DNA of 64,000 nt from an uncultured Gammaproteobacteria bacterium. GTDB lineage: Bacteria > Patescibacteriota > Microgenomatia > UBA8517. The stretch is from NCBI GenBank assembly GCA_964610395.1, contig CAZSXP010000002.1, positions 10,192-74,191 on the forward strand, in the 5' to 3' direction. The notes beneath the pieces are model-generated. The model saw only the letters and a program-made list of their open reading frames with translations. It did not search any database and had not been told where the DNA came from. Shown one piece after another: positions 35,491 to 45,899 of the stretch (positions within the stretch are counted from its first letter, which is position 1; the number at the start of each line of letters is the position of its first letter). A program made the position numbers and the translations under genes.

Positions 35491-36861
35491 TCAAAGAGAT
35501 TTTTTTATCCCCATAATATCCTCTTGAATGTCCACATTAGTTGAGAGTAAGTTTGTTATTTTTTCCACAGCACTCATTACAGTAGAATGATCTCTCCCTA
35601 CTACTCTACCAACTTCTTGGAGAGGTAAACCAACTTGTTTTCTAAGAAGATACATTAAAATTTGTCTTGGTCTTACTACAGGCAAGGCTCTTGAATCTCC
35701 CAAAAGTTGTCTTTTCCCTAATGAATAGTATTTAGCAATCTTGTTTATTAAATCTTCTGGGTTTATTTTAATTTTTTCATAATCTGCTTCGTTTGTTTTA
35801 CCTAAAAGAAATTCTACCAGCTCGTTTGTTACCTCTTTTTTATTAAAATTTACTTCAGTAAACAATTTTACTAAATATCCTTGTATTCCTCTGGCTGAGT
35901 CAATATTCCCTGCAATCATCGAAACCATTTCGTTGGTAAGAGTTATTCCCCTTTCCTCTGACTTAATTTGTACTATGGCAGATCTAAGTTCAAAGTCGGG
36001 TGGAGAAACATCAACAATTAATCCTGCTTGAAATCTAGTTTTTAATCTATCTTCTAATTTTGAAATTTCAGTTGGTTTTTTATCAGAAGTTAATATGACT
36101 TGCCCTCCTGCAGAAGTAACAGCATTAAAGGTGTGAAAAAATTCTTCTTGGGCAGTGTCTTTACCTGCAATAAACTGAATATCATCAACAAACAGCGCAT
36201 CAAGTTTTCTATATTTTTTTCTAACCTCTGCTGTTGACTTGTTTCTTATTCCATCAACAATGTCATTTGTAAAATCTTCTGCAGTACAAGCCAAAATTTT
36301 TGAACCAGTTTTTTTAACAATCATGTCGTGCCCCACTGCATGCATTAAGTGTGTTTTTCCAACTCCAACCCCACCCCAAATAAACAATGGGTTATATGAA
36401 GATCCTGGGTTTTCTGCGACTGCTTGAGCGGCGGCGTAGGCCATTTGGTTAGATCCAGAAACTGCAAATTTATCAAAAGTAAAAGGAAGTCTAAGATGAG
36501 CTTTTTTAATTGCTTCATTTATTTCGTCTTGATTTACTTTTGGTTTATCAAACAAAGGTGTGGGTTTGTCTGTTGCAGAGGATAAAACACGAGTCGTTGC
36601 TTTAACTATAAAAACAACATCAACAATTTTTTCAAACTGTTTTGTTAAGGTATCTTGGAGTATTCCTGAATATCTTTGTTCAACTTGTTGTTTAATAAAA
36701 ACAGATTCACAACCAATTTGTGCTATAACTCTTTCTCCTATTTCTTTGATATCTACTAAATGTGTATGAGACAAATATGTTTTAAAAGCAGCATCAGAAA
36801 CAGATATTTTTAATGTTTCTAAAACATCTCTCCAAGTTTTGTCGTAATTTTGTTTTTCCAT
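35491..36861 (-). CDS. dnaA: chromosomal replication initiator DnaA
   Basis: AAA+ Walker A GGVGVGKTHLMHAVG, Walker B LFVDDIQF, C-terminal DnaA-box binding HTH (VGRDHSTV). The MEKQNYDK start at 36861 is preferred over the track's extended N-terminus. Confidence 0.9.
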   Translation of the reverse strand: MEKQNYDKTWRDVLETLKISVSDAAFKTYLSHTHLVDIKEIGERVIAQIGCESVFIKQQVEQRYSGILQDTLTKQFEKIVDVVFIVKATTRVLSSATDKPTPLFDKPKVNQDEINEAIKKAHLRLPFTFDKFAVSGSNQMAYAAAQAVAENPGSSYNPLFIWGGVGVGKTHLMHAVGHDMIVKKTGSKILACTAEDFTNDIVDGIRNKSTAEVRKKYRKLDALFVDDIQFIAGKDTAQEEFFHTFNAVTSAGGQVILTSDKKPTEISKLEDRLKTRFQAGLIVDVSPPDFELRSAIVQIKSEERGITLTNEMVSMIAGNIDSARGIQGYLVKLFTEVNFNKKEVTNELVEFLLGKTNEADYEKIKINPEDLINKIAKYYSLGKRQLLGDSRALPVVRPRQILMYLLRKQVGLPLQEVGRVVGRDHSTVMSAVEKITNLLSTNVDIQEDIMGIKKSL

Positions 36862-36902
36862 GAGTAGTATTCTAGGGCAGAAGAGTTTCCATGTTATGAA
36901 AG

Positions 36903-36911
36903 TTATCCACA
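36903..36911 (+). promoter_or_regulatory. perfect DnaA box TTATCCACA in the dnaA-rpmH intergenic region
   Basis: Exact 9-mer consensus upstream of dnaA (divergent from rpmH). Confidence 0.5.
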
Positions 36912-36947
36912 ATATGCAATAGTCAAAAAGTATGTTAAAATAATTGC

Positions 36948-37091
36948 ATGGCGACAAAAAGAACATATCAACCACATAAACTAAAAAGAATTAAAAAATT
37001 TGGATTCATGTCTAGAAATTCCTCTATTGATGGAAGGAAAGTTTTAAATAGAAGAAGACTAAAAGGAAGAAAAAATATAGTAAATGCTTAA
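36948..37091 (+). CDS. rpmH: 50S ribosomal protein L34
   Basis: Manual translation [47 protein letters not shown]. Canonical rpmH-rnpA-yidC-jag order. Confidence 0.85.
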   Translation: MATKRTYQPHKLKRIKKFGFMSRNSSIDGRKVLNRRRLKGRKNIVNA

Positions 37092-37099
37092 GACCTGTC

Positions 37100-37459
37100 A
37101 TGCTTAACTCCAAATATAGATTAAAGAAAAAAATAAATTTTGCCAGAATTGAAATAGATGGTGTTATGCATCAATCAAAATCTTTTGGAATGGGAATATA
37201 TGACAGAAAAGATGGTGAAGAAACGCGTTTTGGTTTTATAATCTCAACCAAAATTTCAAAAAAGGCAGTTGTTAGAAACAGAATCAAGCGAATAATGTCA
37301 GAAGTTATTAGAATTAATTTAAATAAACTTAAAAATGGTTACGATGTATTATTTTTAATTAAACACCAAGCTGTTAAAATGAATAAAATCGAGTTAGAGA
37401 AAGAAACATATGAGACTATTATTAAAAATATACAAATTGACACTGTCACCCATTCTTAA
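37100..37459 (+). CDS. rnpA: ribonuclease P protein component
   Basis: RnpA-like RNR motif region (KAVVRNRIKRIMSE); follows rpmH. Confidence 0.75.
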   Translation: MLNSKYRLKKKINFARIEIDGVMHQSKSFGMGIYDRKDGEETRFGFIISTKISKKAVVRNRIKRIMSEVIRINLNKLKNGYDVLFLIKHQAVKMNKIELEKETYETIIKNIQIDTVTHS

Positions 37460-37585
37460 ATACATGTTTGGTGGTGGAGGCTGTAAATACTCGCCTACTT
37501 GTTCTGAATACACAGTAGATGTAATTGAAAAATATGGTATTATAAAAGGCGTGCCAATGGCCGTTAGAAGAATAATGAGCTGCAA

Positions 37586-38401
37586 GTGAATATTTTTACA
37601 ACATTACTAATTCAACCTTTAACCAACGGGCTTATATTTTTTTATAATATGTTGTGGCAAAATATGGGTCTTGCCATAATTGGCTTCAGTTTATTTTTAA
37701 GATTTGCTACAAACCCCTTAACAAAACCATATATGGCTTCAATGAAGAAAATAAAAGAAGTAGAACCACAAATTAAAAAACTTAAATTAAAATATAAAGG
37801 CGATCAAAAAGGAATGATGGCTGCTCAAACAGAATTGTATAAACAAAGAGGTATTAATCCTTCTGCAGGATGCCTTCCTTATATTTTAAACATCGTTATA
37901 ATGATTGCTTTGTTTAATGTCTTTACTCACGTTCTTTCTCAAAATGGAGACGCGATGCTTAAGCTTAATGAAATTTTATACACCCCATTAAAGTTTTCTG
38001 AAAACGCAAGTCTTAATACTGGGTTTTTATATTTGGACATAAGAAAACCTGATATTTTTAATTTTAACGGAATTCCTTTTCCAATTCCCGGACCATTTAT
38101 CTTACTAGCTGGAATATTGCAATTTTTGTCAGCTAAAATGATGGCACCTTTTGTTAAAGAAGAAGAAAAAATGGCCAAGAAAACAAAAGGAGAAGCAGAT
38201 GATATGGCCGTTGCCATGCAATCATCAATGATTTATACATTTCCTTTAATGACTATCTTTTTTGGAATTAAATTTCCATCAGGACTTGCTCTATATTGGT
38301 TGCTTTTCTCAATCTTCCAGATGTATCAGCAATACAAATCCACAGGTTGGGGAGGTCTTACCCCTTTAATTAACAAGCTTGGTCTGGTAAAATCGGTTTA
38401 A
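37586..38401 (+). CDS. yidC: membrane protein insertase YidC (short form)
   Basis: YidC/Oxa1 core (MAAQTELYKQRGINPSAGCLPYILNIVIMIALF ... FPSGLALYWLLFSIFQ). Confidence 0.8.
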   Translation: MNIFTTLLIQPLTNGLIFFYNMLWQNMGLAIIGFSLFLRFATNPLTKPYMASMKKIKEVEPQIKKLKLKYKGDQKGMMAAQTELYKQRGINPSAGCLPYILNIVIMIALFNVFTHVLSQNGDAMLKLNEILYTPLKFSENASLNTGFLYLDIRKPDIFNFNGIPFPIPGPFILLAGILQFLSAKMMAPFVKEEEKMAKKTKGEADDMAVAMQSSMIYTFPLMTIFFGIKFPSGLALYWLLFSIFQMYQQYKSTGWGGLTPLINKLGLVKSV

Positions 38402-38847
38402 TGAATAAAACTATCCAAGAGCTCACAGAAAAGCTTTTATCTCTTACGGGTGTATCGGCTGAAATTGAAGTAGTTGATTTAGGTGAGTCTACCTACGAAG
38501 TCAATCTTTCCACGGAAGACGAAACAGGACTTTTAATTGGATTTAGGGGAGAAAACATAAATGCCATCCAAACAGTATTAGGAATAATGCTTAAAGGTCA
38601 AACAGGAGAGTGGTATCGGTTAGTTGTTAATGTTGGTGATTACAGAGAAAAACAGGAAGAAAAATTAAAAGAATTAGCAACACAATCTGCAGATAGAGCT
38701 ATTGAAACAAAAGAACCCCAACCAATTTACAACTTATCAGCAGGCCAAAGGCGTGCTGTTCATATGCATCTCGCAAACCGAAACGACGTAACGACAGAGT
38801 CTAGTGGTATTGAACCTGAAAGATATTTAGTAATCAAACCTAAGTAA
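38401..38847 (+). CDS. jag: Jag/KhpB RNA-binding protein (KH plus R3H)
   Basis: R3H motif GQRRAVHMHLAN; follows yidC. Confidence 0.7.
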   Translation: MNKTIQELTEKLLSLTGVSAEIEVVDLGESTYEVNLSTEDETGLLIGFRGENINAIQTVLGIMLKGQTGEWYRLVVNVGDYREKQEEKLKELATQSADRAIETKEPQPIYNLSAGQRRAVHMHLANRNDVTTESSGIEPERYLVIKPK

Positions 38848-38848
38848 T

Positions 38849-39937
38849 GTGCTGACATTATCAATGAAATTGTCTCTTATATCATTATTATCCTTTTTAC
38901 TCCCCACACAACTAGCCTTTCATTTTAATAATTTTCAAAACTCAGTTTATGGATTTAACATTGATTATTTAATACCCACCTTATATTTAACCGACATAAT
39001 TGCTTTGTTAATAATATTACTTGGTATTAGTAAGATTAAATTTAATTACAAATATATTTTATATATAATTTTCGTTGTAATTAACATCCTAATATCTAGC
39101 TATCTAGTGTCTAGTGTCTACAAGTGTTTAAAAGTTACAGAGATGATTCTTTTAGGAACAATAATTTTTAATACTAAAAAATTTGATGTATTTAAGCATT
39201 TTGTAAAACCATTATCATATTCTACTGTAATTGTATGTGTGTTAGGAATACTTCAACATATAAATAGAGGTTCGATAGGAGGTTTTTTTTACGCGCTTGG
39301 AGAGCGCACATACTTGTATGATTATCCAAACATAGCACCTTATCCATATTCGACTTTTTCCCATCCAAATTCTTTTGCAGGATTTTTATTAGTTTTTGGA
39401 ATCTTCGCAATTCAATTGCGAAGTAAATTTAATCCAAAATATTTCTGGAGTTTAATTATTCTGACTGTTATTAATTTAGTTTTAACAAATTCACTGAATG
39501 TATATTTTACAATTGTTTTTTTAATAATATTGAAATTTAAGAATAATATTAGCAATTTATTGTTTATAGATTTAAGTCAACGGTTTGTAACCCACAGAAT
39601 AGAGTTAATCAAAGCGTCTCTTCAAATGATCAAAGAAAACTTTTGGTTTGGAGTAGGGCTTAATAATTTTATTCCCAATTTAGTTAAAGTTAGTAATACT
39701 TATCTTAATTCTTGGGAACTTCAACCAGTTCATAATATTTTTTTATTAGTTTTCTCAGAGACTGGAATTTTTGGTCTAGTTGCACTGATCAGTATTTTTG
39801 TAAATATTAATTTTAGCTTGTTAGCAATTTTACTAACTGGCTTAAGTGATCACTACTGGATAACTCTCCAACAAAACATTTTATTGTTTGTTTTCACTCT
39901 GGTGATAGCAAGAAAAAACCAAAAAAATCATATATAA
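38849..39937 (+). CDS. O-antigen ligase-like (Wzy_C family) polytopic membrane protein
   Basis: About 10 TM helices and a periplasmic loop (PVHNIFLLVFSETGIFGL) resembling the Wzy_C signature. Confidence 0.4.
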   Translation: MLTLSMKLSLISLLSFLLPTQLAFHFNNFQNSVYGFNIDYLIPTLYLTDIIALLIILLGISKIKFNYKYILYIIFVVINILISSYLVSSVYKCLKVTEMILLGTIIFNTKKFDVFKHFVKPLSYSTVIVCVLGILQHINRGSIGGFFYALGERTYLYDYPNIAPYPYSTFSHPNSFAGFLLVFGIFAIQLRSKFNPKYFWSLIILTVINLVLTNSLNVYFTIVFLIILKFKNNISNLLFIDLSQRFVTHRIELIKASLQMIKENFWFGVGLNNFIPNLVKVSNTYLNSWELQPVHNIFLLVFSETGIFGLVALISIFVNINFSLLAILLTGLSDHYWITLQQNILLFVFTLVIARKNQKNHI

Positions 39938-39944
39938 TCAAGCG

Positions 39945-40337
39945 ATGATTATATATTGTGATGGTGGTTCAAGAGGCAATCCAGGACCTGCGGCATCAGC
40001 TTTTGTTGTAACAGAAGATGGAAAAACAATCTTCAAGGACAGTAAATTTTTAGGAGTTGAAACAAACAATGTTGCAGAATATACAGCTGTTTTGTTAGCG
40101 ATAGAATGGTTGAGTGATAAAAAAGCAAAAGGAGAAATTATTATAAATCTCGATTCGCAACTAGTAGAAAGACAACTAAACGGGTTTTGGAAAATTAAAA
40201 GTCCAAAATTAAAATTACTTGCCGATGAAATTAAATCGAAAGCTGTGAAGGTTAAATTTGTATGGAACTATCGAATAAAAAATATTCTAGCGGATGATTT
40301 GGTAAATGAAGAGCTTGACCTCAACGGGAAAACATAA
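39945..40337 (+). CDS. rnhA: ribonuclease HI
   Basis: MIIYCDGGSRGNPGPAASAFVV...NNVAEYTAVLLAIEW. Confidence 0.8.
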   Translation: MIIYCDGGSRGNPGPAASAFVVTEDGKTIFKDSKFLGVETNNVAEYTAVLLAIEWLSDKKAKGEIIINLDSQLVERQLNGFWKIKSPKLKLLADEIKSKAVKVKFVWNYRIKNILADDLVNEELDLNGKT

Positions 40338-40417
40338 AACAATTTTTGATAACAGTTTTTAGTTGTTGCGGTAAAAAAATTGCATGACTTTCTCATCTGA
40401 ACTACAATGAATACAAT

Positions 40418-42952
40418 ATGAAAGATTACGATGGGATAGTTGGAATATATTCTCAAAAAAATTATCTTTCCACAAGACTGGAAGAAAAATTTAGAGAGAA
40501 ATATTTAGATGTTAAAATTTTTAATGATTTTAAAAATGTTAATACTTCGAGTTTTAGTTATTTGATTGTTAATCTAATTGATTTTGATGATAAATTATCA
40601 AGTATTTCCCAAAACATAGAAAATCTAGAATGTAAGATATTAGTTTTACATTCTCTTTATGTTATAAAAGATAAAAAATTTGTTTCTGATTCTGAAATTT
40701 TAAAACTAATTGAAACAAACCAAAACCTCGGAGTTCTTCTTGCCCCAGACATTTTAGGTAGTAATGTAAAAAATAATCCAGACTGTCTATCTCATGATTT
40801 AATCATGCAATCTGTTTTAAGTGAAAGAGTTAAAGTAAAAAAGGATAGTAACTTAGTAAATACCATTTCGATCAACAAACTTGCAGATAGAATTGTAAGA
40901 GATACTTTTTCATTTGGAGTGTCAGGTCAGATAATTGCACTTAATGGACCAAAGAAATCAAAAAGAATTTTTGTCACCAAATATTTAAGGATAGAAAATT
41001 CAAACATAATTGAAACACCAGAAGAATCAAACTTAGTGGAATTATATTACTCTGCTTCAATTGATATTGATTATTCACTAAGACTGGCTGTTAAAAATAC
41101 AAAAATATCTTTTGCTACTATTACCGACACTACTGTTAAAAAGAGCCTGGTGATTCCTGAAATTGAATCGACTAATAAACCAGTTAAAAAAGTTTTATTA
41201 ATAAAATATAAAAAAATGTTAAAAATAGTAACTCTTTTGTTATCTCTTTGCTTAATACCAATTATCTTAATTGCTATTTCATCACTTCTGTTTTTTGTTT
41301 CGGCTAAAACAGTGTTTAATAACAATGAATTATCAAAATCATTATTCAAAAAAAGCTCAGAAATAGCAGACGTGGCTCGAAACTTAAGTTTTGGAAATAA
41401 TTTTATATATGACAGTTCAAACCTTGTTTACAAATTATCCTTATTGGGAAGTGAGGCAGAAACATTGATTAGTACGAGTGATGATTTTGTAAATAAAATA
41501 ATGGGAGATGAAATCTATGATTTGTCATATTACTCAAATAACATCTCAGCAAGTTTAGATAAAATTCATACAGAAATAAGTTTTCTTCAAAGTGATGTAA
41601 TAGAACTCAATGGATTTTTTGGGAATCTTTTAAGAAATAAACTATCAAATAAAAATATAGACATAGGAGAATATAAAAGTAAAATATATTCTCTTAAAAA
41701 CTTCTTTTCAAGAATTTCAATTTTGTTAGGTAACGAAAAACCACAAAAATATTTAGTGCTTTTCCAAAACAATATGGAACTGCGTCCCACCGGAGGCTTT
41801 ATTGGTTCATATGCAATAATGACCTTTGATAAAGGAAGATTAGCAGAAATTGTAGTAAACGACGTCTACACTGCAGATGGTCAGTTAAAAGGCCATGTAG
41901 ACCCACCTGAGCCAATTAGAAAGTACTTAGGAGAAGGAGGGTGGTTCCTGCGTGATTCCAATTGGGATCCAGATTTTTCCGTTTCAGCTGTTAAAGCAGA
42001 ATGGTTTTTAGATAAAGAATTAAATGAAAAAGTTGATGGGGTAATAGCCATAGATTTAAATTTTGTAAAAAATTTACTTGAAGTAACAGGACCAATAAAT
42101 TTGCCTGATTTTAGTTTGACAATTGATTCAAACAACTTGTATCAAACAGTTCAATCAGAAGTAGAAGACGAATTTTTTCCTGGTTCAATCAAAAAAGCAA
42201 GTATTTTAACTTCGCTTTCAAGAAATCTTATTTCTGAAATAGAAAACTTAAAAAGTGATAAACACCTAAATCTTTTTAGAAAAATATATCAAAGCTTAGA
42301 CAGAAAACATTTGCAAATTTATTTACATGATGCTAACGCTCAAGAGGCAGTTTCAAATTTAGGCTATTCAGGTGAAGTAAATTTAGATGCTAATTGTGGC
42401 CAACGATGTTTAAAAGATGGTTATTCTTTGATAGATGCAAATTTAGGGGTAAACAAGTCAAACTTTTTCATAAAGAGATCTCAGGAATTAAATCTTTCTG
42501 TTTCAAAGGACATTATAAGTCATGAATTATTTGTTACTTATGAAAACAGCGCCAGTCCTGCTGTTGGGAAATCTGGTGTTTACAAAAACTACGCTAGAAT
42601 ATTATTACCCTTAAATGCTAAATTAGCTGGAATTAGGATATATGAAACTAATGGGACTTATAAAGAACTTGAATATGATATTAATAATACAGAATCAAGA
42701 GTTGAAGCAGGATTTTTATTTGAGATCTTACCTGGTACTCAAAAAAGAATCCAAATTGTTTGGAGTATCATCGATAATAAATTTTCCCAAGGGGGAGAAT
42801 ATAATTTAAATATAATAAAACAAGCAGGTACAGAGAATGACAATTTAACAATAAATATAAAGACAGCAGATCTTGTATTGACGGGAAGGAACCTTTCGGT
42901 CTATAATACAACACTAGCCAGAGATTTTAGGGCTAGATTATTTTTTAGATGA
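40418..42952 (+). CDS. DUF4012-domain large membrane-anchored protein
   Basis: Single TM then a conserved block LVLFQNNMELRPTGGFIGSYAIM typical of DUF4012. Confidence 0.5.
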   Translation: MKDYDGIVGIYSQKNYLSTRLEEKFREKYLDVKIFNDFKNVNTSSFSYLIVNLIDFDDKLSSISQNIENLECKILVLHSLYVIKDKKFVSDSEILKLIETNQNLGVLLAPDILGSNVKNNPDCLSHDLIMQSVLSERVKVKKDSNLVNTISINKLADRIVRDTFSFGVSGQIIALNGPKKSKRIFVTKYLRIENSNIIETPEESNLVELYYSASIDIDYSLRLAVKNTKISFATITDTTVKKSLVIPEIESTNKPVKKVLLIKYKKMLKIVTLLLSLCLIPIILIAISSLLFFVSAKTVFNNNELSKSLFKKSSEIADVARNLSFGNNFIYDSSNLVYKLSLLGSEAETLISTSDDFVNKIMGDEIYDLSYYSNNISASLDKIHTEISFLQSDVIELNGFFGNLLRNKLSNKNIDIGEYKSKIYSLKNFFSRISILLGNEKPQKYLVLFQNNMELRPTGGFIGSYAIMTFDKGRLAEIVVNDVYTADGQLKGHVDPPEPIRKYLGEGGWFLRDSNWDPDFSVSAVKAEWFLDKELNEKVDGVIAIDLNFVKNLLEVTGPINLPDFSLTIDSNNLYQTVQSEVEDEFFPGSIKKASILTSLSRNLISEIENLKSDKHLNLFRKIYQSLDRKHLQIYLHDANAQEAVSNLGYSGEVNLDANCGQRCLKDGYSLIDANLGVNKSNFFIKRSQELNLSVSKDIISHELFVTYENSASPAVGKSGVYKNYARILLPLNAKLAGIRIYETNGTYKELEYDINNTESRVEAGFLFEILPGTQKRIQIVWSIIDNKFSQGGEYNLNIIKQAGTENDNLTINIKTADLVLTGRNLSVYNTTLARDFRARLFFR

Positions 42953-43611
42953 AAATTACACTTAAATCAGAAAAAAGAGAATTATTTGGAAGAAAAGTCA
43001 AAAGACTTAGAAAAGCAGGTAAGATACCTGCAAACATTTTTGGAAAAAAAATTAAGTCTGAAGCCGTTAGCATTGATAATAAAGAATTTATTGAAGTTTT
43101 TGAAAAAGCAGGTGAAACCCAAATTATAGATTTAACAGGTAAACCAGTTTTAGTTAGTAATACTCAAGTTGATCCAATATCTGGTGAATATCTTCATATT
43201 GATTTTAGACAAGTTGATTTAACAGAAAAAATAGAAGCGATGGTTCCTGTTGAAATAGAAGGTGAATCACCTGCAGAGAAACAAAGTTTAGGTACTGTTG
43301 TACAACAGATACATGAGATAGAAGTTGAAGCCCTACCAACAGATTTACCTGAAAAAATTATAGTAGATGCAAGTATCTTAGTAGAAGTTGATCAAGCTAT
43401 TTATGTTAAAGATTTAAAGGTAGATAAAAAGGTAGAGATTAAAACTGATCTAGAATCAATTGTTGTTAAAGTGGAACCACCAACCAAAGAAGAAGTTGTA
43501 GAAGTGGTTGCAGAAGTACCGGCTGAAGGTGAAGTCCCTGTCGAGGGTGGAAAACCTGCTGAAGGTGAAGTAGCTAAGGAAGCTGAGAGTAATTCGGATC
43601 AATCTGCTTAA
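42949..43611 (+). CDS. rplY: 50S ribosomal protein L25/general stress protein Ctc
   Basis: L25 N-domain (RKVKRLRKAGKIPANIFGK...) plus acidic C-terminal extension. Confidence 0.75.
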   Translation: MKITLKSEKRELFGRKVKRLRKAGKIPANIFGKKIKSEAVSIDNKEFIEVFEKAGETQIIDLTGKPVLVSNTQVDPISGEYLHIDFRQVDLTEKIEAMVPVEIEGESPAEKQSLGTVVQQIHEIEVEALPTDLPEKIIVDASILVEVDQAIYVKDLKVDKKVEIKTDLESIVVKVEPPTKEEVVEVVAEVPAEGEVPVEGGKPAEGEVAKEAESNSDQSA

Positions 43612-43834
43612 CTATATCCATTCTTCCAAGTTCAACCCAAGCATCTCTATAAGTTGGATGTTTTATGACCATTTCCTCCCAATAGGAATTATCTATTGTT
43701 GCTCCTAGAACTTTAATTTCATTTTTTTTGAGTGATTGTAGATTAAAAATAGAAAGTAATAAAACAATGATTATTATATTTATAAAAAACAAATATTCTA
43801 AATCTTTAGAAAAGTCTTTTTTCTTTGCCATCAC
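43574..43834 (-). CDS. small membrane protein (hypothetical)
   Basis: 86 aa with one hydrophobic helix; overlaps both neighbours' 3' ends, so uncertain. Confidence 0.2.
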   Translation of the reverse strand: MMAKKKDFSKDLEYLFFINIIIIVLLLSIFNLQSLKKNEIKVLGATIDNSYWEEMVIKHPTYRDAWVELGRMDIVKQIDPNYSQLP

Positions 43835-45878
43835 TATTAATAGTAGGCCAAGATGATGACACTAGTAAACCCTCATTTCCAAGTTCTTTCCAAACAGCTT
43901 CAGTGACAAAAGGCATAAAAGGATGAAGAAGCTTAAGTATTATCAATAATGCAGACTTTAGTTGTTTTGAACTTACTTCTCCCTTTTTTGCTCTTTCTAT
44001 TTCAATATCGCAAAATTTGTGCCAAAAAGTATTATAAAGTTCTTCAGCAGCTAAACCAATTTTATATTTTTCTAAAAGTAAAGTTATTTTCTTTGGAAAT
44101 TCCTTTTGGTAATAATCATTAAATTCCTTGTTGTCATCTACTTTGTTATTAAAATCTTTTATAAATCGGCAAGCATTCCATATTTTATTAGAAAAGTTTC
44201 TCATTCCTTTAAAACTGTTTTCTCCTACGTTTTTATCTTGTGCGGGAGTAGAGCTCATAACTAAAGCAAAACGGAGAGCATCGGTTCCATATTTTTCTAC
44301 AATTTCTAGTGGATTTATTACATTTCCAACAGATTTAGCCATTTTTTTACCTTTTTCATCTCGTACTAAACCATGTAAATATACAGTTTTAAATGGTGAC
44401 TTACCTGTGACATAGATTCCCAAAAGCATCATTCTCATCACCCAAAAAGGTAATATATCATAGCCAGTTTCCATGACTGATGTTGGATAATACTTATTAA
44501 ACATTTCTTCACCATTTGTTTTAAGTGTTACAACTGGCCATTGGCCCGACGAAAACCATGTGTCAAAAGTATCTGTTTCTTGTTTCCAGTTACCTTTTGG
44601 TTTTTCTATACTAATTACATACTTACCATCGGCAGAGTACCAAGCGGGAATTTGGATACCCCAAACAATATTTCTGGAGATATTCCAATCTTTTAAATTA
44701 TTTAACCAGTGTCGAAGTATTTTTTCTTGACCAGCACCAAGTACAATAGTTTCTTTGTTGTCGAGAGCCTTTAAGGCTTTATCAGCTAAAGGTTTAACTT
44801 TAATAAAAAACTGTTCAAGTGGAATTGGCTCTAAAGTGCTGTGACATCTGTAACATGTTCCAACGTTGTTTGTGTATTCGTTATCAATTTTTTCTATGTG
44901 TCCTGATTCTGCCAAAATTTTAACAACTTCTTCTCTGGCAGTAAAAACTCTTTTATCAGCCGATGGTCCAGCAATCATTTTCCCTTGTATGTTTATGGCT
45001 TTTATAATTGGTAACCCCAATTTTTGGGCAACATCAAAATCTGCTTGGTCGTGGGCAGGAGTAAGTTTTACTATTCCAGTGCCAAATTTTGGATCAACAA
45101 ACAAGTCTTCAACTATTTCCATAACAGCTCCTGTTAATGGGTTTAATAATCTTTGGTTTTTTAGGTGTTTAGTCTTTTTATTTTTTGGATTAATAGCAAG
45201 GTGAGTATCGACATATATTGGTTCAGGCCTTGTCGTTGCTACTGTTACAAACTTAGTTGGATCATCTGCAAAATAATATTTTACATAATAAAGAGGGCTT
45301 GTTTTTTGTTCATGAATAACTTCAAGGTCTGAATAACCAGTTCCACATTTAGTACAGTAGTTAATTAATTTTTCACCTCGATATATTAATCCATCTTCAT
45401 TTAATTTTATAAAAGTTTCTTTAACTAACTTTACAATATCAGGGTCAAGTGTAAATTTATATTTACTCCAATCGGCGGAAGCACCCAATTTTTTCATTTG
45501 GTTAACAACAACTTTTGAATTTTCTTGAACATAATCCCAAATCATTTGATAAAGAGTATCTCTATCAAAATCAAAGCGACTTTTACCTTTTCCTCTTAAT
45601 TTTTTTTCGAAAACAAATTGAGTTTCAATTCCAGCATGGTCAGTTCCCGGAAGCCATAAAGTAGATTCACCTGTCATTCTGTGGAATCTAATTAATATAT
45701 CTTCAATGGTGATAAACATAGCGTGCCCTATGTGAAGGGGATCATTGGCATTTGGAGGAGGCATAATTATGGTGAATGGTTTTTTCTTTTTGTCTATTAC
45801 AGGGCTAAAAGCACCAGATTCTTCCCATTCTTCATAAATCTTATCCTCATATAATTTGTGATCATACTTTGTATCCAT
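43806..45878 (-). CDS. valS: class I aminoacyl-tRNA synthetase, ValRS-like but only 690 aa
   Basis: HIGH region PPPNANDPLHIGHA (PPPN typical of ValRS), CP1 editing motif ATTRPEPI, KMSKS variant KMAKSVGN. The C-terminal coiled-coil extension seems absent. Confidence 0.6.
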   Translation of the reverse strand: MDTKYDHKLYEDKIYEEWEESGAFSPVIDKKKKPFTIIMPPPNANDPLHIGHAMFITIEDILIRFHRMTGESTLWLPGTDHAGIETQFVFEKKLRGKGKSRFDFDRDTLYQMIWDYVQENSKVVVNQMKKLGASADWSKYKFTLDPDIVKLVKETFIKLNEDGLIYRGEKLINYCTKCGTGYSDLEVIHEQKTSPLYYVKYYFADDPTKFVTVATTRPEPIYVDTHLAINPKNKKTKHLKNQRLLNPLTGAVMEIVEDLFVDPKFGTGIVKLTPAHDQADFDVAQKLGLPIIKAINIQGKMIAGPSADKRVFTAREEVVKILAESGHIEKIDNEYTNNVGTCYRCHSTLEPIPLEQFFIKVKPLADKALKALDNKETIVLGAGQEKILRHWLNNLKDWNISRNIVWGIQIPAWYSADGKYVISIEKPKGNWKQETDTFDTWFSSGQWPVVTLKTNGEEMFNKYYPTSVMETGYDILPFWVMRMMLLGIYVTGKSPFKTVYLHGLVRDEKGKKMAKSVGNVINPLEIVEKYGTDALRFALVMSSTPAQDKNVGENSFKGMRNFSNKIWNACRFIKDFNNKVDDNKEFNDYYQKEFPKKITLLLEKYKIGLAAEELYNTFWHKFCDIEIERAKKGEVSSKQLKSALLIILKLLHPFMPFVTEAVWKELGNEGLLVSSSWPTINSDGKEKRLF

Positions 45879-45899
45879 GCCTATTATTGTATCACGAAG

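Noticed and set aside
35491-36975. Track-predicted N-terminal extension of DnaA ([13 protein letters not shown]…) and the TTG-start extension of the integrase (3869)
   Set aside because: The extensions overlap rpmH or upstream ORFs and lack homology. Internal ATGs (36861 and 3845) give canonical N-termini (MEKQNYDK and MENRKC).
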